Shown here in pieces: positions 27,025-40,676 of a stretch of 64,000 bases of DNA (positions within the stretch are counted from its first letter, which is position 1; the number at the start of each line of letters is the position of its first letter). The notes beneath the pieces were generated by a model, which saw nothing but the letters and a program-made list of their open reading frames with translations, searched no databases and was not told where the DNA came from. A program made the translations under genes and the position numbers. Source of the DNA: Eledone cirrhosa. Taxonomy: Eukaryota. Location of the stretch: positions 85,560,001 through 85,624,000 of the forward strand of contig OZ024742.1 of NCBI GenBank assembly GCA_964016885.1. The letters run 5' to 3'.

Positions 27025-27159
27025 AAATATGGTTTCATAAATATAGTTTCCACTCATTTAATATCATTGAATATTTACTCCAGTAACTTGTTGAGTGCTC
27101 TAAATCAGTTATAAACAGTTATGTTTGTCGGACTTCCAACAACTTAAATAGCACTTCTA

Positions 27160-27203
<44 letters not shown>

Positions 27204-27501
27204 TATGTACACGTACATACATATATTTATACAGACGTACGGTAGTATGTATATATATATATACATACATGCACACATATATATATGTACTAAGAGTGGG
27301 AAATGAAATTTCGTTTCATTTTTTCCGTTTATATATATATATACATATATATATATATACTGTTATACTTTGGGAGGGTCATGTTGCCAATAAGAAACAC
27401 ACGCACCACTGCTTTCACTTCAATTTATTATACATTTTATACATTTTTATAAATTTCCGGTTGGCTGTTTGGTTCCACAACCGGATGGTTGCTTATATAT
27501 T

Positions 27502-27544
27502 GTCAAAGTTCTTTCGTCACACAGTATGTGACCTCTTCAGTGAC
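27502..27544 (-). ncRNA. minimal type I hammerhead motif
   Basis: GTCA-CTGAAGA-G-GTCAC atactgt GTGAC-GAAAG aa CTT^TGAC. Confidence 0.75.
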
Positions 27545-27829
27545 TGGGGATTATTTTCTTTGTGTTGTGCCTCTCCTTTGTTCTGTCCTACACCATCTTG
27601 TTTTTGTGCATGCTGTGTGCTTGGTTTGCGCATGTGTTACATCCGGGCGCCTGGGTCTGTTTTTATTTGTTTAGTTATTTGTTTATTTATATGTTACTAG
27701 TTAGTTGTTTGTTCTATGTGTGTGTGTTTTCATTTTGTTCTTAATTATAAGTTGTGGTGCTTCTGTTCCATTCATGTTTTTTATTTAATTTTTGTTGGAG
27801 TTCATTTATGTTTATTGCCTCTGTGATTT

Positions 27830-28156
27830 AGAAACGTAGTATATAGCCTAAGATGTACTGAGGGACAATGTAAACAGAAGAATATAATATATATTGGGGA
27901 GACAGCTCGTAGCATAGGTGAACGATTAAATGAACACTGGCGAGAACTCAAAGATAGAAAAGACTCATCAATACTCTACCAACATGCTAAAATAGAACAT
28001 AAGGGCAAATTATAGAACATAGAGATAAAAATAGAATCTACACACAGAAAAGACACAATGCTTAGACAAATCACAGAGGCAATAAACATAAATGAACTCC
28101 AACCAAAATTAAATAGAAAACATGAATGGAACAGCAACATCACAACTTATAATTAA
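27830..28156 (+). pseudogene. GIY-YIG endonuclease (PLE), one internal stop
   Basis: RNVVYSLRCTEGQCKQKNIIYIGETARSIGERLNEH…LYQH…RQITEAINI…PKLNRKHEW. Confidence 0.85.
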
Positions 28157-28169
28157 GGACACAATGAAA

Positions 28170-28482
<313 letters not shown>

Positions 28483-28724
28483 GAGGTATAATTAAAGAAA
28501 ATGAAAAATGTCTTCAATCAAATTTCGGATCCATTTGGAACATAATAGGATTGTGTGTATATTATCCAAACGACAATTAGGAAAAATGCAATTAATGGGT
28601 TGATATAATCATTACATCGTACTACTATACTGGAATTGGTGAACACATTTGCATATAATTAACTCTCGTGTCAGTTATAAAATACACTCACCGACACACA
28701 CACTCTCTCTCTCTCACACACACA

Positions 28725-28800
<76 letters not shown>

Positions 28801-28801
<1 letters not shown>

Positions 28802-28857
28802 CCTTCATCAGCTGTAAACCGAGATCAAGATATTTCGGCGCTTAATACAGGACATCT
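28801..28857 (-). ncRNA. candidate non-circularly permuted hammerhead ribozyme, copy 1
   Basis: AGATGTC^CTGTA ttaagcgcc GAAA-TATCT tgatctcggtt TACAG-CTGATGA-agga. Confidence 0.7.
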
Positions 28858-29152
28858 AAAAGCGGCGTACCCAAGGTCTTTTATGGATCAAAAGTCCAGG
28901 AGGGAAAAGTAAAGAAATAAAGAAGAAGAAAAAGAGGGGGAAAGTAGTGAGGAGAGAGGAAGAAAGAGAAAAAACAGGTAAACAGACCAAATGGTGGGGG
29001 GACAGTACAAGCCAATGAGTATCCAAGGAAAAATAGAATAGAATACGTTATAGCGTACCGAATATACTTAAGTCTGGGCGTGCTATAACAGGAGACCAGT
29101 GTTACCGTGCCATCTCAATCGAAGTGAAGGTAGAGAGAGAGTGAGAGTGAGC

Positions 29153-29229
<77 letters not shown>

Positions 29230-29410
29230 TGAGAGAGAGAGAGAGAGAGAGAGAAAACGAGTGAGAGAAGTCGAGTGTCAATATGAAAGCAAACAGGTAG
29301 TGGGGTGTCACAGCAGTAAATACAAAATTATAAGAAACGAAAGGAACTGTGTGGTTACTGTAAACAAAGTTTAAGATGGTAGGATGGACGAAACAATAGA
29401 AGAAAAGAAA

Positions 29411-29466
29411 TCCTTCATCAGCTGTAAACGAGATCAAGATGTTTCGGCGCTTAATACGGGACATCT
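29411..29466 (-). ncRNA. candidate non-circularly permuted hammerhead ribozyme, copy 2
   Basis: AGATGTC^CCGTA ttaagcgcc GAAA-CATCT tgatctcgtt TACAG-CTGATGA-agga. Perfect 6-bp stem III and one stem I mismatch. Confidence 0.68.
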
Positions 29467-29958
29467 AAACGCGATCAGCTGATGTCCTTATATTCTGTTC
29501 ATATGGTAAACATAATTATCATGGTATATTGAATTAATTGCTATATGTTACCTGGTATATTCCAGCATCACATCGAATTCTCATCAACAGAAAACTTCAT
29601 TTATTTAAGCCTTATTCTCGAAAGAATTTGTGTAATTAAACGTACCATATTAACTTGTAATTCAGGTGGTATATAATATACTTACCACAACACAATGTGA
29701 TCTTATCGCATATGATTATCACGTCCGAAGTAAAGTTTAAATATGATAAGTAATACATGTTGACCTAATGCCAATGCTGAATATGGCAAACATCTAATTA
29801 TGGAATCCTGAAAACTGAAAAATTTCATTTAACTTATTCACACTGCGTGAGGTAGCTATCTGAGAGAGAGTGCAAACGTGAGAGAGAGAGAGAGAGAGAG
29901 AGAGTGAAAGAGAGAGAAGGAGAGAGAGAGAGAAAGGAAGAATTAATGAAACAGAGAG

Positions 29959-30062
<104 letters not shown>

Positions 30063-31316
30063 GTGAGAAAGTGAGAAGGAAATTGCTATAGAGAAAACAA
30101 ATTACTTAACTTGGTTTAATATAACATTGTTTTTATATTTATAGATATGCAATCGGTAGCACCATGATTTAAACCAATTTGTCGAATGCATGCCCACTGT
30201 TTGTCGAACTACATTATCTTAGAAAGTTAGCTTGACTATATTCCGATCGAATATGGAAAATAAAATGGAAAGGAATCATGTACTTTTTATGAGTGTCAAT
30301 ATATTTTATAGGAGACATTATTTGAAGGGAATTCTGTAAATCAATAATATATATATAACATATATACCTGCATTCTCAATATAGCGAGTGGGATAAAATG
30401 CCCACACCTAAGCGCATTTTGGCGCGGTTTATATCAGGAGAATTACTTTAATATGATTTTAATATGGACAAAATGCAAAGTTTAAATAGTTCACTGAGGA
30501 GATTCTCATTTGTGTTAAAAGAAGTGACGTAAAGAAATATTCTCTTCAATCGTCTTAAACAAGGCACGAACTTAATTGTATACACTTAAGAGTCGAAATT
30601 TGTGTAAAACAATCAGGCTAAATCACAGGAATATAGGCAGAAACCTTGACTAATACATTTATTTAAATAATTAGATTAAATTTGTATTTTGAAGATAACT
30701 GTAAGATTTCTTCAATGATGCTATTGCAAATGTTCCTAAAATTATGATATTGTCAGCAAAACAAAATAAGAAGCTTAAATACAGCTTAAAGAAAATCACA
30801 CAATACAAGGAAATTATCCTATCGATGACCTTAAATTCGGAGGATTCGATTACAGAATAAGTGTTATATATAATAAGTGAAAACACCACGTAATACAGAT
30901 ATAATTATTAAAATAAATTTAAAATCTAGTAGCACCGCACAATATTTGATAAGTTCACGTTAATAACATATAATTTATTTCTCTCATCTATATTCTATGG
31001 TAGCAACAATCCCTATTTTGAAGACTTTTTCGGTAACCAATATTATCTAGGGCCATAAAAGATGCTCACATTAATATAATATGGAATTCAATTATCAATA
31101 CCTAAATCAATTGAGATAAAAGTTGCCTGTCATGGTAATGAGCAAATATCAATTTCTGATAACGTCTATATACTTTATTCAATAGGAAATTGAATGGGGT
31201 CCACAAACGTATCCCTATACGAAGAGGGCAGGCTAATTGTAATTTATAATACATATGGAGACGATATGGACAGACATTCATCCCTGATGATAAATATATG
31301 AATAACGTAAAATAAT

Positions 31317-31356
<40 letters not shown>

Positions 31357-31636
31357 TAATAATAATAATAATAATGTTTTCTTTATTAACCACAAGGGTT
31401 CACATAAAGTAGACATTAAGGACAGTACAGGACAATACAGGACGGTACAAATGGGCATTTCTGCGTGTAAAAAACAAAAACAGAGGATGTAACAAAAATA
31501 ACAATGAAAATAACAAAGAAAAATTCCCCAATAGGGGGGAGACTTCCGAGGGACATTTGTGGAGAAAGCCCATTAAAAGACCACAGTGACCCTGACCACC
31601 AGGGCAAGTGCCTTTTCCCTGTGTTCCACCTTTAAT

Positions 31637-34600
31637 TTACAGACACATACTCAGAGTAGGCCCATTCACTCGTGCCATACTTGCTTCTCTCACCCATCTT
31701 TCAACAAAATGCTGGGAAGAGAGCACTTCCTTCTCTACCATGATTTTCCTTTTCAAATGAAATTTGAAAAAGTTAATCAGGGCATCACCGAAGAGGTAAG
31801 TGCTCGTCTTCAGCCCTTTCAAACGTGTCCACCATACTATCTCTTTCGCCATGGCCACCAGACAGATAAAAACTGCCTGCCCTTCCGTCTAAAGGAAGGG
31901 GGCGGGGCAATCCTAACGATGTACTCAGCTGATAGCTGGATCCGTCCTACATGTGATAGCAGGTGTTCGACATAAACCCACAAGTCAGCAATGCTCGGAC
32001 ACTGGACGAGTGCGTGCAGGGCGGTTTCGTCGCCCTGCGCGCATCTCGGACATGCCCGGCTGACGGCACCTCCATGCCTGTAGGGTTTATCCCGAACTGG
32101 CAAAGCTCCCCGGTAGCACTGCCAGGCCAGGGATTTCTGGAAGTTGTCCATAGGCCCCGGCCCGAAAGTCCGTCTGAAGAGATTGGCTAGTTGATTTTCG
32201 TCGATGCCTAGAATTTCCCCAAGTACGTCGTCGCTCTTCCCCTCCACTAATCCTCTATAGAACGCCAAGCAGGAGTTTCCACCGATCACATTGCCCGATT
32301 GGTCGAGGGCTGTGAGCGCCTGAAGACATTCCAGTCTCCAAGCGCTCCCTCTCGGTCTTCGCTTGACCCAGGACTGCAGCTCCGTCAAGGAGACGAGCTG
32401 GGGAAAGACGTGTCTAGCAAACGGCGACCACACCTGATCACTGTCGAGGAAGAGGTGGAGATGTCGTAGCCTGTGCGCGTGTCTGCGCATCATCAGCCAT
32501 GGCATTCCCAGCCCTTCACGTAGCGGTGTTGACAGCAGATGGACCGCCTGACCATCTGAGCGCGTCCCTTCCACAAACAGCGAAAGAGCAAACGCTCCAG
32601 CGCAGTCAGGCGGGGTTTAGGACGAGGTACGACGGTCAGGCGGTAGTAGATGACGGACGCGATGTACGCGTTAGCCACCTCCGCTCGACCTTTCAGTGAT
32701 AGCTTCCTCTCCGCCCATTTCTGGGTGAGATAAGCCACCCTGCTCGTCACCTCGTCCCAGTTTTTGTCCGTCTGGAGGTCCGGACCGAACCAGACCCCTA
32801 GCAATTTAACAGGTCCGTCCGTCCAGCGCCCGACGACGTTGTTGGACTGCATGCAACTGCCTCTCCAGGTGCCGAGCTGCAGTCCCACTGACTTTTCCTG
32901 GTTGAGCATTGCTCCAGTCACCGCTTCGTATTCTCTTAGTGTAGTGCCGATCGCCTCGATGTGTTTGGCGTTCGACACCACTACGGTGACATAGTCATCA
33001 TATGCTGACACGGATCTTCCGCATCCTAGATCGCGCGGTACCTCCCTCAACGTCTCTAGTTTGTGCAATGGCTCGAGAGTCAATACGTACAAGAGGGACG
33101 AGAGGGGACATCCTTGGCGGACCGTGGGCATGATGTTGAACGGTTCCGAAAGGTGACCGTTCACTCTTACCACAGACCAGATGTCGCTGTGCATGGCAGC
33201 AATCCAGCCTCTGAAGAGGGGCCCAAAGCCAGCCGCCCTCAGGACTGCTGCTAGTTAACGATGGTCGACCCTTTGAAAGCTTTCGACTGATCTAATTTGA
33301 TCAAGCACCCACCTTTTCCAGGTTCCCTAGCTACCCTCTCTACGATGTATCGCATGGGGTGGAGGTTGTGGTGGATGGATCTGTCGGGAATGGCGCACGC
33401 CTGCGCCTCTCCCACCAGACCACCAACGACAAGCGCCAACTTCTTTGCTAGCACCTTGGCCAAAATCTTGAACTCTGTGTTTAGCACAGTTATGGACCTG
33501 AAATTATCTATGTTATCCCCGTTGTTCGGATCGTTTCTCAGCAGCGCCACAGCTCCTCGGCTCATAGGGCTGGGAATTCTCCCGTTCTGTTTCCAGTTGC
33601 AGTAGACGTCCGCCAAGAGGCCTCCGAACAAGTCTGGCATCTGTACGTAAAGTTAATAGGGCAGACCATCCAAACCAGGCGATTTACCCCTTGTGCTGCC
33701 AGCCATTGCCACCCGTACTTCAGCGGCTGTTATCGGCTTTTCGCAACACTCCTCATCAGTGGCCGAGAGACGCGGCGGTCCGTCGAGGTAGAGACTTAAG
33801 TCCATCCCTCGATCCGGCCCGCCGCTGCCCCCCGAACAGCTGTGCGAAGTGTCGCTGAAAAGCTTCACACACTTGCCCGGGATCGAGTAGCATGCGCACG
33901 TCGTGGTCCACCAAACATCGTATCGTGGTTTGTTGCCACGACGCGCCTCCCTCACTCGGGCCCATTGAACGGCTTTCGTCCCCTCGTGTCTGAGAGCACG
34001 CACCCTAGCTCTGACAAAGCAGTCTTTGTGTTTTGCATTGAAGAATTTGTCAAGGTCCAATTTCGCCGAAAGTACGTCAGTCACGATGCCTTTGCTAAGT
34101 GCCTCGTCTAATTTTCTAACTAATTCTCCCTCTGCTCTATTTTTCTCTATTGCTAAAGCCTTACTAACCATAATGGACTCTATTCTAATTGCTCTTTTCA
34201 GAGCATACCACCACTTGTTGTTGACGATGGCCCCCGTCAACGCCCGCTTAACTAGTTCGCTAATCCGGTCTCTGTAGGCCTTTCGCGCTGGTAAGGACGC
34301 GTTTAGCTTCCAGTAGCCGGGTCCTCGTCTATGACGCCTATCTAAGTCAAGCACACAGATCACGAATTGTGGTCTGTGTAGCTAACTATCTTGAATTGTG
34401 GACAGCCTATGCTAGACCTATCTATTTCCCTACAAAATACTCTATCTAGATATGATTTGGATGACTCTATGCGATTTGTCCAAGTCCACATTGGCACATT
34501 CGGGAAACCCAATCGGTACCTGTCAGACAGTTCAAAACGCCTGAGCAGGTTGGTGAGACTCTTGCACCCTCCTCCCTTATCCGCTAATCCCACACAGTTA

Positions 34601-35081
34601 CAGCGTGCATCTAAGATCCCGTTCCAGTCGCCCACTAACACTAAAGAGCGGGACGTTCCAAGAAAGGTCTCCAGACGCCGGAAGAAATCAGGACGCCCTG
34701 CTCCTCTCGGGGCATAGACGGCCACTAGACTGAAAGCTTGCCCGTCTCCGCTGATCACGTCTAGCACCACCAACTTACCTTCTGGGTCCAGGAAGATGGC
34801 ACGTATGGCGAGATCCAAACTCTCCGAAAAAGCACAGCTACTCCACCCCCGATCCCGGACGGCTGGGAGATGCGTACACATCGTAGCCAACGAAGATCGG
34901 TGCGAAGGCCCGTGCTTCGGAGATTCTGGTTTCGCTGATGGCCACTACCTCTATGTTTAGTGACCTGAGGTCGTTGAGCAGGTGGCCCTGCTTCCATGAC
35001 GGCCCCAAGCCACGCGTATTTATGCTGCCTATTCTGAGTTAGGTCGTGTTGAAATGGAGTGGAAAAGATGGGAAAGACCAT
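31637..35081 (-). pseudogene. Tx1 ORF2: APE endonuclease, reverse transcriptase, zinc finger
   Basis: IGSINTRGLG, VAVYAP, LVGDWN, SYLDR, TDH, GYWKLN, KSPGLDGLPY, LDQSKAF, RQGCPLS, AYDDY, CPRCAQGDETALHALVQC. Confidence 0.92.
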
Positions 35082-35214
35082 TTACCTTACTTCTCGTAGA
35101 GGAAGGACGGTTTCTTACTGCTTGTGACTCCTCAGGAAGGATGTCCTCATAAATCCTCCTGGAGAGTGCTTGTCGGAATTCTCCGATATCTTTGGGGGAA
35201 TTTTTGTTTTAGTG

Positions 35215-36932
35215 TCATGTACATTTTCTGTGTGATGCGAGTGATTTGTATGTGTGGCGGTGGTGTGAATTTTGGGTTGTTGTGTAGTCTTTTTCTGTGA
35301 TGCTGGTGTTGCGTTGGATGTAGTGTAATAATTGGTTGTTGTTCAAATTTAAAGCTGTGTAGTGTGTATCCTTTTGGTTGTTTTGTTTTGTTTGCGTTTG
35401 TTGTGGGTTTGTTTCTGTTTCGCTTTTTGGTGACTTTTGTGGTGTTGGGGTTAATGATGGTGATGGTGTTGGTGTTTGTTGTGATTGGGTTGGTGATGCT
35501 GGTGTGGATGGTAGCATATCTGTCCTAATTTTTTTCTTTTTTGGTTTCTTTTTTTCTTTTTTCCTGATACCGTTTCCAACTCCTCGTCGTCACAATCTGT
35601 CTCCAGTTGTGATAGGCCGGGGAGTGGAAAATCCTCCCCAGGCGTTGGTTTTGGTTGTGGCGTGGTGGATGGTGTAGGCGCTGGTGCTAGTTCTGGCGCG
35701 TTGGGTTGTGATGGTGTTTGTTTTGCTACTGTTGCTGGGGTTGTTGCTGTTACAGTTGCTTCTGTTGTTGCTGCTACCGTTGTTGCTGCCATCTCTGCTG
35801 CTGGTGGTGTTGATGGTTGAGTCACTGGGGTGGGTAAGAGAGGTGGCCTCATACTTTTAGCCTTAGGGCAGAAAGCCCTTAGGTGGATTCCTTCACCACA
35901 AAGGACACACATCGGCCTTCTGCCCACGACGATTACGGTGAGGTGGCTGCCGTCAGTGAGGTCTATTACCTCTGGGATCCCCTCAATGCTTTTTTGGTCC
36001 GCTTGAATCAGGAGCTCCATGCCAGATCCGGACCAGTTCTCTTGCTTTTCTTTCGCTATTTCGATTATCTTGGTGTTGGCTTCGATGCTGGCGAGGACGG
36101 CAGCTATTAGCCAGTGAATTTCGATGGCCGCGGAACGTGGGTCACCCTGATCTTTACGAGTCTCTCGCCACAATAGCTTGGGACGAGTGTGAAGTCGTCA
36201 CTTCTTAATGGGACCATTGAGTATTCTCCTGTGGTGTTTCAAAAAACACGTTCACGGTTCCATATTTCTGCCCACGTCTGATGTGGGTTTTTTTTGCCCA
36301 CACATGTCCCAAAGCTTTTTGGATTTGGGACTCGGATGCCCGTTCCACTCGGCGCGATTTTATATTAATTGTTCGATAAGACACGGTGCAGAGACGCCAG
36401 TGCTCCATTTTATTAGGTGTGTGTGTTTGATGGTGGGTGTTGCTGACCCTGTACCCATCTTTCTTTACCATTTTTTGGCTTCTTCTAATTCCTCCTGAGT
36501 TTCCTGAAATGCTTCGCACTGTTTTGCTACACTTGCAGTTTGGTTTTCTTAATGTCCTTGTTGCTGTTGTTGCTATCGTTATTTTTGTTATTATTAATTT
36601 TAGTTTCAGTTGTAGTGGTGGTGGCGTCAGTGGTGTTCGATGTGGAAGAGTCTATTTTGGTTGAATTCATTTCGATATCACGAGTTAAATTATGCTTTTC
36701 TTTTGTTTCTGTTGTCACGGTGCTGGTGGGAGTGGTGGTTGTCGCGGTGGTGGTGGTAGCGGCGTTACACCTGCAGTCATTGGTAATGGCTGGGAATGAA
36801 TGTCTGCCTGAGACAAATTAAAAATATTGCTACTGCTTATATCTTTATGTTGGCAAACGTAGTAATATTTACAATGCTGGTGTCGGTGTGAGGTGTTAGT
36901 TTGTGAGGAAGGAGTGACTCTGAGTCATCCAT
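35215..36932 (-). pseudogene. Tx1 ORF1 (gag-like, CCHC zinc knuckle)
   Basis: VIVVGRRPMCVLCGEGIHLRAFCP with flanking P/T-rich and basic low-complexity tracts. ATG at 36932. Confidence 0.75.
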
Positions 36933-37169
36933 GATTTTTTAAAGAAAAGTTTTGTTTGATAATTATAAAAGTTTAAATTTTGGGCTCAATGCTCCAATCT
37001 GTTTGGGTGTCCTTTTCAGATAACAATGTGAGTGCACTTATATACAGTTATCAATAAAAATTGTCCATGAATGGCAATTGTAAATAACTGAAAATAACAA
37101 ACCTTTGCGGAGCTCACGATAATACGATATACTACGTAGGTCGCCAATAATAATAATAATAATAATAAT

Positions 37170-39793
37170 GATTTCTTTATTGGCCACAAGGGCTGACATC
37201 AAGAAAATCATTACAGAGGGTACAGTACGGTACAGTACGGTACGATGTGGGTTTTGTGCGTGTAAATATTTTTATTATTTATATAAGAAAAGAAGAGAAA
37301 AAAAGGGCATAGCAACATATATATATATAAACAATAAAAATGAAAATTGAAACAATGAAAAAATCCCCAATAGGGGGGAAACTTCCGAGGGTTACTCGTG
37401 GCGAAAACCACACAAAAGACCACAACCACCCTGACCACCAGGGCAAGCCCCTCTCTCAATGTTTCCATCTCTCAGACTACAGACGTATATTCAGACTGGT
37501 CCCGTTCACTCTGGCCATTCTCGCTACATTCACCCACCTTTCAACAAACTTACTAGAAGGCAGCAATTGCCTCTCCACCCTGATTTTCCTCTTCAAGTGA
37601 AACTTGAAAAAGTTAATTAGTGATTCGCTGAAGAGAAAAGTATGTCTTTAACCCTTTCAACCTTGTCCACCACACAATCTCTTTTGCCATGGCCACCAGG
37701 CAGATGGAAACCGCCTGCCCTTCCTCCTCGAAGGAAGACGGCTAGACCATCTCCTCAATAGACTCAGTCGATAACCGGATTAGTCCCGCACGCGACAGCA
37801 ACTGTTCGACCTTGCTCCACAAGTCAGAAATGTTTGGGCAATTAACGCGTGAGTGCACGACGGTTTCGTCGCTCTGCGCGCATCTCGGACAGGCTCGGCT
37901 GACGGCACTTCCGTGCCTGTAAAGCTTATCTCGAACCGGCATCGCTCCCCGGTATCACTGTCAGGCCAGGGATTTTTGGAAGTTATCCCTAGGCCCTGGG
38001 CTGATAGTTCTCCGGAAGAGAGCAAACAGCTGATCTTCTTCGACGCCCAGGATCTCTCCGAGAACGTCGTCGCATTTTCCCTCAACTAGTCCTCTGTAGA
38101 ATGCCGAGGTGGATGTTCCGCCGATACTGCTGCCCAGTTGGCAGAGGGCAGTTAGCGCCTGGAGACATTGCAGTTTCCAAGCGCTATCCCTCGGTTTTTT
38201 CCTGACCCAGAACTGCAGCTACGTCAAGGAGACGAGCCGTGGGAAAACGTGCCTGGCGAACGGCGACCACACCTTTTCACCGTCAAGGAAGCACCAGAGA
38301 TGTCGCAGCCTCAGCGCATGTGTGCGTACCCGCAGCCATGGTATGCCCAGTCCTCTATGCAACGGGTGTTGACAGCAGATGTATCGTCTAACCATGGGAG
38401 CGCATCCCTTCGACAAAAAGGGAAAGAGGAGGCGCTCCATTTTAGTTAGAGTTGGGCCGGGGCAAGGGCGGACTGTGATGTGGTAGCAGATGACGGATGC
38501 GATGTACGCATTCGCCACCTCCGCCTGGCCTTTCAGGGACAGCTTCCTCTCTGCCCATTTCTGGGTGAGGGGGGCCATCTTGATCGTCACCACGTTCCAG
38601 TTTTTCTCCATCCGGACCAGACCCCGAGCAATCTAACCGGTCCGTCCAACGCCCCTCCACGCTGTCGAACGGCATGGACTTGCCTCTCCAGGTGCCGAGC
38701 TACAAGCCCACCGACTTTTCCTGGTTTATCATTGGTCCTGTCACCGCTTTGTATTCCTTGAGAGCGGTGCCGAGCATCTAGACGTGTCTGGAGCTCGACA
38801 CCACCACGGTGACGTCGTCGGCGTTAGCCGTCTCGGATTTCCCGCATCCTAGTTCGCGTGGGACGCCCCTCATCGCCCCCAGTTTATGCAGTAACGGCTC
38901 GAGACCATAATACGTACAAGAGGGTGGAGAGGGGACAACCCTGGCGGACCGAGTGCATGATGCTGAACGATTGCGACAGGTGACCGTCCACCCTCACAAC
39001 TGAGCAGATGTCGCTGTACATCCCAGCGATCCAACCCCTGAAAACGGGCTAGAAACCGCTGCCTCGAGGACCGCCGCCAGGTACCGATGGTCGACCCTAT
39101 CGAATGCTTTGGATTGATCCAAGTTGATCAGGGCCCCACCATTGCCAGGTTCCTTAACCACCTTCTTTATGGTGTATCGCATGAGGTGGAGATTGTCGTG
39201 TATGGATCTGTACGGAATGGTGCATGTCTGTGCCTCTCCCACCAGACCATTGACGTCAAGCGCCAACCTTGTTGCTAACACCTTGGCCGAAATCTTGAAC
39301 GTTGCGTTTAGCACGGTTATGGGCCTGAAGTTATCGATAACATCCCCCGTGTTCGGGTCTTTTCTCAGCAGCACCAACGCTCCCGGCTCACAAAACTAGG
39401 AATGCTCCCATTCTGCTGCCAGTTGCAGTAGACGACTGCTAAGGGGTCACCGAACAAGTCTGGCATAAATGCATAAATCTCGTAGGCCAGACCATCCAAA
39501 CCTGGCGAATTACGCCTCGTGCTACTAGCCATCGCTTCTCGTATTTCACTGGCTGTTATTGGCTTTTCGCAACACTGTGCTGCGGTCGTCGAGAGACGAG
39601 GCAATCCATCGAGGTATGCACTGAAGTTTATACCCCGATCCGGCCCGCCGCTGCTCCCGAACACTTTAGCAAATTGCCGATGAAAAGCTTCACACATCTG
39701 CTCGGCTTCAAGCAACACGCTCCCGTTATGATCAGACAAAGACCGAATTGTGGCTTTGTTGCCACGTCGCGCCTCTGCCACCTGGACCCATTG
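37170..39793 (-). mobile_element. Tx1 LINE 3' (non-inverted) segment
   Basis: RT and zinc finger closely matching 9480-12430. (ATT)n tail at 37146-37169. Confidence 0.92.
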
Positions 39794-39795
39794 GC

Positions 39796-40575
39796 CGTAC
39801 TCAGGATAGGCAGTATAAATGCACGTGGCCTGGGGTCATATTGGAAGCAGTGTCACCTGCTCAACGACCTCAGGCCACTAAACATAGATGTGGTGGCCAT
39901 AAGTGAGACCAGAATCTCCGAAGCACAAGCCTTCAACCGATCTTTGGCAGCTACAATGTATACGCATCTCCCAGCCGTCCAGGATCCCGGAATGGGTTGC
40001 AATCCTTTTTCGGAGAGTATAGGATGTCGCCATACGGGCCATCTTCCTAGACCCAGAAGGTAAGTCGATGGTGTTGGACGTGACCGGCAGCGAAGGCAAT
40101 GCTTTCAGGCTAGTAGCCGTCTACGCCCCAACAGGGGCAGGTCGGACAGATTTCTTCAGACGTCTAGAGACCTTCTTGGAACGACCCGCTCTTTAGTGTT
40201 AGTGGGCGACTGAAACGGTATATTGGATGCACGCTGGAATTGTGTTGGGCTAGTGGATAGGGGAGGAGGGTGCAAGAGTCTCACCAACCGTTTCAGACGT
40301 TTTAACTGTTTGACAGTTATCGACTGGATCACCCGAATGTACCAATGTGGACATTGACAAACCGCATCTGGTCATCCAGATCGTATCTCGATAGGGTATT
40401 CTGCAGAGAACTAGATAAGGCTAGTTTAAGTTGTCCACAAATTAAAATAGTCGACTACACAGACCACAAATTTGTGATCTGTGAGATCGACATAGACAGA
40501 TTTCATACACAAGGGCCCGGTTACTGGAAGCTGAACGCGTATTTCCCGCCGGCCCTCAAAGCCTACAGATACCCG
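39796..40575 (+). mobile_element. Tx1 LINE inverted 5' segment (APE domain)
   Basis: LRIGSINARGLG…VAISETR…VYAP…SYLDR…TDHKFV…GPGYWKLNA on the strand opposite the adjacent RT, followed by (AAT)n. Confidence 0.88.
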
Positions 40576-40676
40576 TTAATAATAATAATAATAATAATAT
40601 ATATATATATATATATTTCGTTTCTGAATTTGTTTAGCAAGATTATTTATTTGAAAACGTGTGTTGAAATCGATAT

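Larger units (their letters stand above)
28801..29470 (-). mobile_element. partial tandem repeat (610 bp period) carrying hammerhead-like motifs, retrozyme/PLE-LTR-like
   Basis: 28801-28860 is repeated at 29411-29469. Non-coding, pyrimidine-rich on the minus strand, abuts (TA)n. Confidence 0.7.
31376..37146 (-). mobile_element. full-length Tx1/L1-clade LINE (ORF1 plus ORF2), disrupted
   Basis: 5' UTR, ORF1 with CCHC knuckle, ORF2 with APE, RT and CCHC domains, 3' UTR. (ATT)n on both sides (31317-31375 and 37146-37169). Confidence 0.92.
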
